Positions 39,378 to 51,916 of a stretch of 64,000 nucleotides of DNA are shown in pieces; position 1 is the stretch's first letter; each line of letters begins with the position of its first letter. The notes under the pieces were generated by a model. That model was not told the DNA's origin, did no database searches, and saw nothing but the letters and a program-made list of their open reading frames with translations. Source of the stretch: Lingula anatina (taxonomy: Eukaryota > Animalia > Brachiopoda); NCBI GenBank assembly GCA_051362555.1, contig CM120644.1, positions 16,638,534 through 16,702,533 on the forward strand. Direction: 5' to 3'. Made by a program: the position numbers and the translations under genes.

Positions 39378-39452
39378 GACAGTACTTCAGCCCCAGGGGC
39401 ACCAGAAGAACACCATCACTATCAGTACACACAAACAGCTAGTGCTAAATAA
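39378..39452 (+). CDS. shep: RBMS/shep terminal coding exon
   Basis: tttcag acceptor; DSTSAPGAPEEHHHYQYTQTASAK-stop; followed by long AT-rich UTR-like sequence. Confidence 0.8.
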   Translation, partial: DSTSAPGAPEEHHHYQYTQTASAK

Positions 39453-42400
39453 GACACCCCTGGCCCCTTTGGCAAGTCAAGAAGGGTTTTTTTAATTCTG
39501 AAAAGGAAGGATTTCGACATTTTCTTGGGAACAGCCCTGCTGTTGTAAACTTAAATAGAGGTGCATTGCCAATCACTAATATTTCAAGAGGCCAGAAAAT
39601 TTAGCCTGTTTAAGATGGGAGGTGTCATCGTATTCAAGATGGATGTTTCTTGGGGTTTTGTGCACTTTTGTAGAAAGGAAGAGGCTGAACCTGCACATAA
39701 ATGTAGATAAAGTTTTATGACTTTCCCAGTTTCTTCTCGTTCCTCTAATTCAATATTGGTTATCAAACCACAAGATGATTACAACAACTGGAAAATATTT
39801 GGGCTGTAATGTATGAATTTGTCATGATCATGGAACAAAGGTTCATGGATTTTTTTCATGACTATAGAAGAATGTGTTTTGATTTTGAAATGAGATAGAA
39901 GAGTTTCTATCATGGAAATTACAGATTTGCTGAGCTTGGAGTGGTGCTAAAAAGAAAACCCTGAATTTCAAAATGAGCTGTGCATTAAGATTGCTGCTGG
40001 CTGAGAAATCTGTTCTCTAATTGCGGTAGATGAGACAAACGATTATGATGACCATGGAATACTTTATCAAACAAAACAAGAACCAGATTACTTGATGATT
40101 TGATATTATTTACATATTTCGCTTTTTTAACAGCAATTGCCAAGAAGACTGGTCCAAATAAACAAAATGACGTTTTTACTTGAAATTGCTGTTAAACCAT
40201 TTCCTTGCATGAAGAAAAGGCAGAAATTGTAGAGGGAAAAGGAAAGATATTGAAAGTGATACCTACCTTCAAACAATGACAGAAGTATTTGGTATGTCCT
40301 GAACTATGCCTTTTGCAGATGACTTCCTTTCAATTTGTATAGAATGTTCTATACCTTGTACAAAATACCTATGCTGTGTACAGAACTTTTGTGAGTTGTG
40401 TTAGTATTGCATGCTGTTAATTTTTAACATTGGTTAATTACTTTCTTTTAGAATTATTATAAAGGTAAAAAAAAATGTTGTAAAGATGTCAGCTGGGCAA
40501 CAACATTTAGAGAAAACTAGAATCTTAACAAAAAACCTTTGGGGTGAAGACTGATGTCCCATTTTGTTGTTACTTTTTATTTATTTATTTATTTATTTAA
40601 CCCTAGTTGCTGTCATAGAACCTTTTCCATTCATGTTGTCCAGTTACTAGATGTGTTAGTGATTTTAGCGATAGATGTGCTCAAAATGTAAATAGAATAA
40701 GTTGTGTACAAAGATGTAAACTGACAAGAAAAGGCTACATTGTTGACCACCAGTCTGAACCCTGGATAATCTCTGCATCATGAGTTATACACAAGCAATT
40801 TACCGGTAGCAACTCTCATGACAGATAGCCCTAAAGAAGGTTGCTGTGTTGAAAACTGGGCGTGCCTCAGTTTAGTGACTACCATGATAGGGTTTAGTAA
40901 GTAGCAATGAGCTAGCCATATATAGGTTGGCATGAAATTGTTAGTAGATAGGACTAAAGTATATGGGTTTCCACGCATGGAGAATATAGTTGCCAAGTGC
41001 CCTAGATTTATTGAGACGACCTAACGCTTGGATCTATTGTCCATCTTCCCATAATGACATCTGAGAATGTTGGCAGTATTTTACAGAGAAGATGCCTAAC
41101 AAGACACTTGACTCTGTCCCACTCATGGTTTTGCAGCTCCAGGATTTTTTCAAAGACTTGTCCTGCATAATGAAAGCCGCATGGCAACTATACCTTAGTC
41201 CCTTTATCAAGTGTTCATTCATTGTAAATATGTTAGGATTGACTGAAGTTTTTTCTCTGTTGAGAAGTATTGTTGCCGGGAAATGTTCAAGCTGTAAATG
41301 GCATGTCACAGATCCTACTGCCATCTTGTGACTGCTCACAGACTACTTTGATCAAGGCCATTTTGCTTTTGTCGAAACTATTTGACAATTATTTCATTTG
41401 GCCTGATAGTAAAACATCTGAAGTTTGAGGAAAACACCAGGTACATTTACTTTTTAGCTTAATGTAGTCACACTCTGTGGATTCATAATGTTTTGTGATA
41501 AAGTGATTGGGTTTTTGTGTATTTGTGCTTTATGACAGTATTGAGGGTTATTTTTTTCTTTGAAATTTACATGGCCTCAGATGTAAAAACAAGAATGTGG
41601 ATATAACCAATCAAAATTGAGGCAGCCATTTGCTGCAGGAAAACGGTGCAATATGACAACTTCTATCTTATCAGTCAATCTATTTTGTCTGCTTAGTGAA
41701 GAATTTATGTATTGGAATGTAAATCTTTTTACATTGATTCATATACTACTTATACTATACAGTCATCTTTTGACCATATTTTGTCTGTCAGGTTTTAACA
41801 AATTTTTGAAATACATTAATATATCTAGTTATAATAACCTGTTAAATATGATCATCTGTTAATGCAGTGTTGACCACTGAAAGTGAGAATGATTGGTTGC
41901 CATGCCATCCTGTATCCGTGGTTACATGGTTGAATATTTTTGTTGCTATGGTTATTTTTCCTTTTACGACAACATGTCAACAGAAGTCATTTTTCACATA
42001 TCTGTTATTGTTTTTTATATCTTTCTTTGCACTTCTAAAACAGTTGAGAAACAGTGTAAAGGGGTGAGTTCTTGCAGGGATAAGTTGAAAGGTTACTTTC
42101 TTGAACGGGGGCAATCCTGTATGGAGTTGCCAGCACCTTGATCGAAACAAGTGCAAAACTTTTCATGTAAGTTCCCTCTCGAAAAAGTGCCATTTTGTAC
42201 ATACCTAAATTACTCCATTCTTTTATTACTGGCACGCTGAAGAAGAGCCCAAAAAGCCATAGCAAGACTAGGTAAGAGAAAACATTGGTTCTGCTCTGTT
42301 TTCAATGCCTTGGCACCTTTAACTGATTCTGCAGTACATGCCGTAACGTAGGAGACCAATGTCACCAACGTCGCATTACAACAGGGCGAACTGCAAGGTG

Positions 42401-44520
42401 CCCGGTTCGCCCAACGAGTCGGAGACGTACGTGTACTTCCATAACTCAGCGTGTAAACATGACTCTGCGTGTATCTCCGTAACTATTGTGAACTGGGCAT
42501 TATATTACTGCGCCTATGGCTTCGCGTTTGACCCGTCTGGACGGCTTACGTAATGGCCAAGAGATCCGAATGATTTCTTTAAAATGACACTTTAGAATAA
42601 AAAAAAATAGTCGGTAGCCAACATCTTCTGTTATAAAGGCGTCGTTTCACGGTTGTTTTTCTTATTTATTTGCCAATTTTTACTCGTTAGTGAGCGCCCG
42701 GTTTTGATGCGTCGCGACGTTACATTGGTCTTTGAGGAGAACGCATTTGCTGTATATCGGAATAAGATGTCTATATGTATAGTTGCAATAATGAATACCG
42801 TTGAGGAGTGATGAAGTTGCTAATGTTTTGTTTGGGAATTGATTAAAAACGAATAAAAATTGTTGAATCGCCAGTTTAGAGTTGTGTTTTGACTTCGGAT
42901 GTGACTGAAAGACAATTTTACATGTTTGATTTATCATAAATAATGTTATTATTTTGATAACGAGAAGATACATTTTATTAACAAAGGAGTAATTCGAAGG
43001 GATTGCTGCAGACCACAAGATGGTCAAAACTTAGTTTTCCTGCATTAGCTGTGTACAGCGTCCTGATAATTTATTTTTCTATGATGAGTATAGAACTCCG
43101 ACAAACAAATTACTGTAAGAAAGCAAGAAAGAAATACGATTGGTCACGGCGTCTCGCCTCTTTTATCGAAAAATCAAGTAGTGGGGAGAAGACATGACCC
43201 TTGCTAAAAGGCATATAGGCGAATTATTGGAGCAAAATGCACTGAAATGCTCTGTGTGAACCTGTGATGATTTCCCTTATCCATTCCAATGTCACCTTGA
43301 CATACGATAACTTGCGAGTATTATTCCAACATCTGTGGCCATTTCTAGATTCAATTTCTGATTTGTGGGACAAACATAATAACCAGTCTCTTGCCATGTA
43401 AAACTGACGTGCTGAGCTCACTGGAGTGGCAAATGACCGTAGACTGAATGAGGTAATAAATGTGCCGCAGCTTAGGCCACTTTTGACAAAAAGAAGTTTA
43501 GTTCGAAAATAAGATGAAACTTTTAATCTAAAATTTAAGTCTCAATTAATCCAAGAGAATTCAGCAAATCTCCAATTCAGTAGGAAATTGAGTCTGTTCC
43601 AACAAGCAAGAAGTGGCTAATGTTTCGGATCTAAACTTACTTCATTTAAATGGACGCGTACGGTGACTATCATACTATATTTCTATATCTATTAATGGAA
43701 GTAAACCAGGTTTTGGTCCTTAAGTATAAGCAAATTTTTGGGCTAAAATTATTTCTTTAAACCACCCAGTCGACTCAGCAACGCATGTAATTTAAATGTG
43801 CATTGACATCTGGGAAATTTTGCATGTAAAGTGATTTCATATACAGTGATGATGGTAGAAACGTATAGGCTGGTTGCCAAGTAAAGTTGGAAGTCCCTAC
43901 AACAACGGACCAGTTGTTGTTGTTGTTGAAAAGAGGAGGAATACAACACCATGGCTAGCCTAAAATAAAGCGACCGTGTGTTTGCGTAAAGAAACAGAGA
44001 AAAAAAAGCAGCAGTAGTTTAAAAATGAAAAAAAGAAGACGGGAGGGGCGGAGGAAGAATTAAGGAAGAGTCAAGACGCTGACTTCCTACCCGCAGTATT
44101 AAGGTGATCGTTAACTTCTGATCCAAGACGCGTCTAACTTAAGTGTTTGTCGTATCCTAGTTTTGGGACAGCGTTTTTTGTTTGTTTGTTTGTCGTTTAA
44201 ACCCAGTTGCCTTGTCCTGTTTTCGTCTTAACAGCAAGATCCAAGTCCGTCACGCGTCCTCAGTTCCTTCCTGCTTTGTTATTGTTGACATAACCCGCAT
44301 TATTATGGCATCGAAACTATTTTTACCTATGTCCAGCAAGAAAATTACCTAACTTAAAATGAGCCCCTTTATGGCCCCCTTTCATGCTCCCCAGACCGTT
44401 TCCTAGGGCTAGGTATATCATCTGAATCCCAAGGACGTTTGGTTTGAAGCGGTTTGAAGCCGTTTGAAGCTGTGCTATGTGCGATACTACCGACTTGTAG
44501 GCTAAAACCTATATCCAGGA

Positions 44521-44554
44521 TACCCTCCACCAGGACCAAGGGGAGATTCTTCAC

Positions 44555-44642
<88 letters not shown>

Positions 44643-44731
44643 GCTTATTCTGTGAACATTTGTGTGCCATGAGTTTTTTTCTTTTATACGTTACATGGCG
44701 TCATTACTTTCCTGGTCTCTGGTAGAGAGTA
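44521..44731. mobile_element. TACCCTCYACCAGG-TIR MITE containing a (TA)n/poly-T tract
   Basis: taccctccaccagg...ctggtagagagta; (TA)n at 44557-44626. Confidence 0.65.
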
Positions 44732-45139
44732 AAGATCCGGTTTTGGAAATGAACTTGGTTTCAGGAAAGAAATAAGACTGTTGGTCTTTAGGGATTGAAA
44801 GCAAATAGGTTTAGTCAGGTTAAGGATAAATATGTAGTAAACCACACAGTGAAAGTAACTTGTAGTCTGAAACATTTGCCACATTGTCTCCTTTAACATT
44901 AAGACACAGGTGTGGCATTTGATCTCAGCACACTACTTATCAAACTCCCACTGAAACTGGTCCTGATCCAATGATTAATCTTTCACCCGAAACGTGTTTT
45001 GTTTTTCTCAGAATTGCAGTTCTCAGTTTGACCTTATAAAGTATTTAGAAGCGGGGAAACAAAGAATATCTCCACACTGTTTTTTTTTTCGTATGATTTA
45101 GCGTACTTAATCTCCATCACTTTATACATTTCAAGGGGG

Positions 45140-45480
45140 TATCCTCTACCAGGGCCGCAGTTATTATTGTGGACATTTTTGGCTGAAGCGACAGCAGACC
45201 AAAATGACTGTCTATTTATCTTGAGACATATTTGTGAATATCTGTGGAAAATCAATCTGTCGCCCTGGTAGAGGGTATCAAAGGGGTGGGGGGAGGAACA
45301 ATGATTGGAAAATATAAAGCAACAGACTGAAAATTCCACTATAATATGTTCCTTTACCAGAGCCACTGATCGTTTTTTCACTAGATAATCACAGATATGT
45401 CTTTAGATAAATAGACGGTCATTTTGCTATCTCGCGATAGAGAAGAGTACACGTGTTTTCCTCGGGCCTGGTAGAGGGTA
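45140..45480. mobile_element. Two oppositely oriented TACCCTCYACCAGG MITEs (45140-45277 and 45349-45480)
   Basis: Both end in cctggtagagggta; core gataaatagacggtcattttg occurs on opposite strands. Confidence 0.75.
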
Positions 45481-47430
45481 CATGTATATGATATGTGGGG
45501 TACGTAGTGGTGGAAAAAAGTTTGGTTTTGATTCGTTTTGTCTCCACCCACTTACCTCCCTATGCCAAGCCAAATGCTGGCCAAGAACTTTCTCCTATTG
45601 TGAACTGATTTAACACCTGTACAATTTTAGCATAACGCCGGCGTTAACACAATTAATTTATCTGTAGTCTCTTTACACCCTCCTCTTGCCCATTGCCATT
45701 GTTCTTGAACGCAAAACACATTAAAAGAATCAAAGACACGGTTGCGGGAGTTGACATACGGAAGGTCTTCCAAGTCTTTAAAAGAGGTCACAAAAGCGTG
45801 GTTTTACTATAGACACCTAGCAGCATAGAAGACATCCGGTTTTCCAATGGGAAAGTAAACAAGTTGTGGTCAATCTTTTGGCCTTGACCAGTACACGATG
45901 TATGGAAGGTTAAACGTATGGATCAATTTCACAAACCTCTATACGCGTTACTAATCTCAAAACTGCGTGCGTGCTGCTTCCATATCATTGTTATTATGAC
46001 GATGGATGACTTTTCTGTAATAATATAATCGTTTATTTTCGTTAATGTGGCGATTGAGTAAGACGACAACTAAAGTGACGTGAAAGCAACCTGTTATTAG
46101 TGTGACAGAGCGTGGAATTTCAGTTCAATTTAATCTTCCTATTTTCTGTTTATGTTTTTGTTGATATTATGTGCTTTTATTGCTGAGAGTGAATTAACTT
46201 ACTAAAAAATGCACAATTTTTTATGTCTTGAAAACGCAAGAAATTCAAACAAAGGATATCTTGGATTAAGTCAAGATATGGAAAATGCGTTTTTGCAAAG
46301 TATCTTAAAATGCTGTTTTTGATTTTAGAACTCGATAGTATGAGGGTAAGTAATCACTGGAAAATTGCCGAGGACGCCAGGTAAATTCATTAAATGTAAT
46401 TTTTCGCGCCGTGTCCATGTATATGCCACTTTAAGTATAGAAACTCTATCCCGTTAGGAAAACCTAGCCCGATTTGCTCAAGTAAGCTTATACCTGCAAA
46501 TCTAGTAATGTCACTGTGTTTAAAATTGTCGTGTAATTGACGGCTTTGCATTTCACTTCCTAGGATGATGAACATGATTTTTTGCTACTTCCCTTTTTGT
46601 GTCTCCTCAGTTTTTGAATATCTTCATCTGACAAAAATGGTTTTCGAATTTACACATTTCATGTACAGTGTTTGCATAGTGTTTTCAACTCCAAGATGTA
46701 AGTCAGTTATCATCGCGCCAAGAAAAATCCTATCATTCCTTATAAGAAAAAATCATATAATAATATATTAACTATAACATTGTCAAAAACATCGATGTGT
46801 CCTGATTTCGCTCTCAAGACAAACCTGCGTTTTCTTATTCAGGGTTCACTTTAAATTCAGATTGACATTTTTCTATGTAGATGTTCCCGATTGTCGTAAG
46901 TTCGTCGTTATGGCTCTAAGGGTCTAAGTCATAAGCAACTGATGGAGTGGATCCAGGATTATTTGAAAGGGGGTTCCAGTTTTTTAAAGAAAGACGGGTT
47001 TCGGATGCGAAGCCGACCCTTGCCCCCTTGGTGTGGGGTTCGGTGTTTTGCAGGGCAAACAGTCCGATTTGGTGCAGTTTAGAACTTGGATTCAGCTCTT
47101 CAAATTTCGAATATCAAGAGGGGAATATTGGTGTGATTTTTCCAGAAACCCCCCTGACCCCCCCCCCCCTGCAATCCATACTGGGATGATACGAAGAGGG
47201 CAATAATCATCGCCTCAACTTTGGGGAGAGGGAGTCGGGGCGTGACATGTCCACCGAGTGGATCTACCTTCCGCACCAATGCGCACCAATGTGACATACA
47301 ACACCCCAGTGACAGGACAGGAAGAATCAAAGGGTAGTTTGTCAACGGCAAAGAATACCACCTGTCATCTGTAATGGATGTAATCAAGCAAGGTGCCCGG
47401 TCTGGCCAGTTCGGTGTCCCAGGGTATCAG

Positions 47431-47437
47431 TATAAAA
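47431..47437 (+). promoter_or_regulatory. TATA box of the calmodulin-like gene
   Basis: TATAAAA about 30 bp before an Inr-like CAGTC and 120 bp before the ATG; two CCAAT motifs near 47276-47291. Confidence 0.7.
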
Positions 47438-47550
47438 TAGACCGCGCCTTTCACACCCAGTCACTTAGGTGCACATACGCTGACCGTACGCTTCGTCTTA
47501 GCGTTCCGCTGCAATAAGTCATTTCAACGTGTTTGTGATCAACGAGAATC

Positions 47551-47553
47551 ATG
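47551..47553 (+). CDS. Calmodulin-like gene exon 1 (ATG only)
   Basis: ATG|gtaagt; an ATG-only first coding exon is the classic calmodulin gene layout. Confidence 0.8.
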
Positions 47554-47950
47554 GTAAGTTAAAGTGGATGTTTGATTCAAATAAAAGTACTGGACTTGAA
47601 TAGCATATTTTGTTATATCGTTGCCTAGTGTCAAATATGTTTTAAAACGACAAATCTTGACCTTAAGTCTTCTATACAGCGCATCGAGAACATCAAAATT
47701 TTGCTATCCGCATTGTTCTTAAAGGCAACGTCTCGAACAATGTATAGTACAGTATGATGCACGTCGTCAGTCGTTCTTTTATCTAATTTTGCATACAAAG
47801 AGTTGTCATGTGACCGTGACGATATACGCTATATTCGGTTATAGCGTTTTTTTTTTTTCGAAGTGCCAGTACTTGTTTTTCGATTTGTATTTCAAATAAT
47901 ACACTGCCACCTTTTTCGCGAGGGTCGACCGTGAACACTTCGAGCGTTAA

Positions 47951-48157
47951 GCCCCCTTTACACTGGACGGTGTCCTTTCTGCGTCCGTAGTTCGGCCCCG
48001 TTTGAGAGTGAAAAACAATAATACTTTTAGTGCTGACAACTAGTCGATAATTGAGCATTCATTTTGCAACCAAAGCGATGCTCGTGCCTCCTTTTTACGA
48101 CCACAGCGATGCCAGTTTCAAGGACGCAGAAAGGACGCCGTCTTGTGCAAAGGGGTT
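47951..48157. mobile_element. CCCCTTTACACTGGACGG-TIR MITE in calmodulin-like intron 1
   Basis: TIRs cccctttacactggacgg / ccgtcttgtgcaaagggg; reverse-orientation copy at 63119-63304. Confidence 0.78.
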
Positions 48158-48253
48158 TTTAGTGAGGGGTGCTATGGCATATAGCGTTTAGGTCACAGTG
48201 CATTATCTTAGACATAAACTGCAATTAAATACTAAATTTAACACTGTAACATT

Positions 48254-48255
<2 letters not shown>

Positions 48256-48300
<45 letters not shown>

Positions 48301-48302
48301 TT
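48256..48302. repeat. (ATTT)n microsatellite next to the calmodulin-like exon 2 acceptor
   Basis: Direct reading. Confidence 0.92.
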
Positions 48303-48311
48303 GCATTTCAG

Positions 48312-48345
48312 CCTCTGTTTAACCTCAGTGGAAACCAGTACCTCC
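48312..48345 (+). CDS. Calmodulin-like gene exon 2
   Basis: tttcag/gtaagt; PLFNLSGNQYL; ends in phase 1 like calmodulin exon 2. Confidence 0.78.
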
Positions 48346-48677
48346 GTAAGTGATACCTTAGACATTAAATGTCCATAGAAATAGAATTCAAGAAAAAGAA
48401 AAGCATCGCAATTGCATTAAGTCAGTAGCATGTGCTAATAGGTTGCTTTTCAACCTATTTCTTTGATAAAAGTTTTTAAATTAATTTGTTATTTTCTCAA
48501 AAGTTAAATGCTAGTGATGGAACATTGTTCCTACTGTTACCTTCGGCGAAAAATCAGCCATTTTCACAAACAAAATACCATTTCAAAACTTCATAAGATG
48601 TTTACAGTGCATCGGTATTCTTTCTCCAAGCACTTACGCAAAACGCAAATACTTACGCAAAATATGCTTTTTTCCAG

Positions 48678-48815
48678 AAATTTCCTGCTATTTCAACAAG
48701 TACGCCAACAACGGCTCACTTGGGAAGCAGGAGATAAAGGCGGCCCTGAGCAGGAATGGCATTGAGGCGTCTCTTGACGACATCCAGGGCATGATCGACG
48801 CTATTAGTATCGACA
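48678..48815 (+). CDS. Calmodulin-like gene exon 3 (degenerate EF1, start of EF2)
   Basis: ttccag/gtgagt; QISCYFNKYANNGSLGKQEIKAALSRNGIEASLDDIQGMIDAISID. Confidence 0.85.
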
Positions 48816-49256
48816 GTGAGTGTTTTTGAATCTTTATTTACGTCGATGTGAATACTTTGATTCAACCAGTTATATTATACTGAGATTGTGAGAAAATTAA
48901 AACTAATGCTGGATCATAGATCACGACGATTTTGAATTGCGTCACCAATGACAATTCAAAACCAGTTCATGCTTGCGATAAGGTCGAAACCTCGTGATCT
49001 TCGTTTTAACGTGAGGCCCAGTATCATATTTAATTTTCCCATTACCTCAGCATTTTTATTTATGTTCTCTAAGAAGGCAAAGCGGCAAAGCATAATCGTA
49101 TTAGTTAAAAGCAATTTTGATACTTAAAATGAAAAAAAAAACAGTCCTTGTATTGTTAAGTTATGATAAAAGATATGACTTACCAAAATGAACCAAAGTT
49201 TAAAAAAAAGTGTTTGAATATTGATTTAAAATAACAACTCCCTCTTAAAAATATAG

Positions 49257-49490
49257 GCACCGGTATCAACCTGCAGTGCTTCCTTGACTACTGCGCCACC
49301 TACACCGGTCTTCGTGACACAGACGCGGAATACGCCGAAGCCTTCCGAGTGTTCGACACCACCGGATCCGGAAGTCTGACACGTGACGAGGTCCAATACG
49401 TCATGACTAAGATGGGGAACAAATCGTTCGACTGCGAGGCTCTTTTCAAGGAGGCCGACAAGAATAACGACGGCACCATTGACTATGAAG
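49257..49490 (+). CDS. Calmodulin-like gene exon 4 (EF2 end, EF3, EF4)
   Basis: atatag/gtagga; STGINLQCFLDYCATYTGLRDTDAEYAEAFRVFDTTGSGSLTRDEVQYVMTKMGNKSFDCEALFKEADKNNDGTIDYE. Confidence 0.92.
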
Positions 49491-49881
49491 GTAGGAAACA
49501 AAACCAAAAAAAAAAAAAAAAAAATTCAATAATTTTTGCATTTAGAACATGCATTTAGAAAGGAGATCAGCTTAGATTTACAGTGCTTTTTATTCAGACG
49601 TTTCGTTAATTTTGCCTGAAATGATCTAGTAATTTATGCATTGATTAAATTTTTGATTGATAGCCGAAGGTTTTTGTTCACTTGTCTTTCTGTTTGTTTT
49701 ATCTTTTATTTACAGTTTGCAATTAATATTTATATACAAAAAGACAAAAAAACTTGGGAAGCTCCCAGGATTTATTTGTACATTATAGTCTTTTCGATAT
49801 ACGTGATGTTTGTGTCCACCAGTCATGTGAAAACTCCCCATTAACACCACATAATAACTGTTTCTGCAATTTTACTTCCAG

Positions 49882-49913
49882 AGTTCGTTGCCGTCATGAA
49901 GCAGAAGTTCTAA
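49882..49913 (+). CDS. Calmodulin-like gene exon 5
   Basis: ttccag acceptor; EFVAVMKQKF-stop, as in the calmodulin terminal exon; AATAAA at 50604. Confidence 0.88.
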
Positions 49914-51916
49914 GATTGGAATGGGAAAAACCATCCAATCAGTGAAGGCAGACATGGTCACGTGGCACAAAGTACTAATTTCGTATCTAAACCCATCTTT
50001 TTAAAGAACGAAAGTGAAACGTTATTTGGACTCGTATTAGCATTGACGTTGTCTTATAACAAGTAAGTTCGAATCAAAGTATAACTTCGAATTTTTGACT
50101 TAAAACAGCAGCTCTTGTGCTAACACGTAACCAATGACAGGATGGTGCCGACCGCAGAATGGTCGGTGGTACCCGACAGGAGGGGGTTTATACTCTCGGC
50201 ATCAAGACTGGGAGGAAGAAAGAAGGAAGGAATTAATTGGAAGAAAAAGAGATAACACCTGGAAGACAAGGACAACAGCTTACCTGAGCCGTTGTTCTGA
50301 AAATGGACGACAATTCTGAGTGAAAACGAAGAACTGGTGCATTAATTGCGATTTGGAAATGAAAATATGGAAAGCCTATAACTGCTAATGTAGCAAATTC
50401 AAAATTTGACACTCTACAAACATTGACTTGCCTTTAATTCGTACTGTGTGCCGATGCTCTTCTTTCAGACGCAGCTTACATTTACCATCAGAAAAAAGTA
50501 GAGTTTCGAACACAGTGGGTGTTAAAGCCGGGAAATGCATTGTTCATTTTGGTCATATTCATGGATTGTAAGGCTTTTATAGCTAAAGATGTAGAATTAG
50601 TTGAATAAAGCTTAGTGAAAAGTGCAATTGTGAGTGTTGGAGTGGGTTTGTTGAAATTTAGGAGAGCTCCGTCTCAAACTTGTCCTACACAAAGTTGGCC
50701 TGCAAAACAAATACTTCATTATGAGCGCGTGCTTGGGGCACCCTTTGTACAAAATAACAGTCAATCTGAAACCTACTGCACATCTATTGCTTTCGGTTTT
50801 TGGCGATGGTATTTGTCACTAGAGCACGTCACAGTTATTTTAGGACGGACCACGTATGCAAGCCGGACGAATGATTAATGAAAAATGATTAAGTGTACCC
50901 TTAAAGCTAAAATATTTCAGCAAGTACATCTATAAACACGAAACGTCGAACCGAGACCGCACGGGCACGCCCTCTGCTTTGAGGTCAGCGCATAACGCTG
51001 CTGACATTAAATATTACGTGATTTAGGTATATGTTAACATTTCATGTTATACAATAGTACATATCTGTTATTACTGTTGAAAGTATAGGTAGCGCGTTCC
51101 ATGAAAATGTGCAGCTCTCGTGTATGAGATTAAATGTGCCCCCATTATCCCGTGCGAAAATTACAAATTCTAAAGATTTTGTTCTCCGTGATAGATGGCA
51201 CTACTCTGCTATTGGCAGTATTGCGGCAATCATATCACACTTGCATGTTATTCCCGCTTGGCTGAATGACAATATATCCATCATTATTGGCATCTTCTAT
51301 TATTATTATCATAATCCTTGTTGTTGTGAGTTGCAGCAGTTGAATAGCATGGTTGTTCTGAGCGTAAAGGATGTAAAAATTGACAGTAAATGTTACATGC
51401 CGAAATCCTATCCTGTTACGTACACTTCCCCGGCTGTCTTCTCTTTGGATAATAGGGATGGTTGTAACTGTACTTATAGCGCCCCCTCTTGTCGCTCAAG
51501 ACCAAAGATGCACGTTGCGTTTCATGTGCACTTTTCTTCGTTACTGCATCAGAAATCATGTTTTTTTTTCTCTCTCTCTTTTATTACTCGTTATAGATAC
51601 ACAATTAAGAAAATACAAGGAAATTTAATTAACATAAACTGAAGATAACAAAAAAGCTATGTAACAATAGGTGGAGCTTAAGCATAATGTCAATGCTCTT
51701 ATCCAAGACGCAGTTTAACTTTATAATATATCATAAACAAGAAAATTTTTAAATAATCCTTATTGAAAATAACTGTGTTCCAATAAACAGCGGCATATCT
51801 TTCGTTTGTATGAAAAAAATAGTCATGTTCTTTTTGTTTGTTATACATATTTCTTTCTGGTGTATTCTCTCTCTCTCTCTCTCTGTCTCTCTCTCATAAA
51901 TATTGGTGCGCCGAGT

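Noticed and set aside
42393-47401. Identical 14-mer GCAAGGTGCCCGGT at 42393 and 47388 (just upstream of the TATA box)
   Set aside because: A single 14-bp match in 64 kb can arise by chance; no extended homology seen
51109-51642. 177-aa plus-strand ORF between the calmodulin-like and Kv genes
   Set aside because: Non-ATG start, no recognisable domain, includes low-complexity runs; probably overlaps the Kv 3' UTR region
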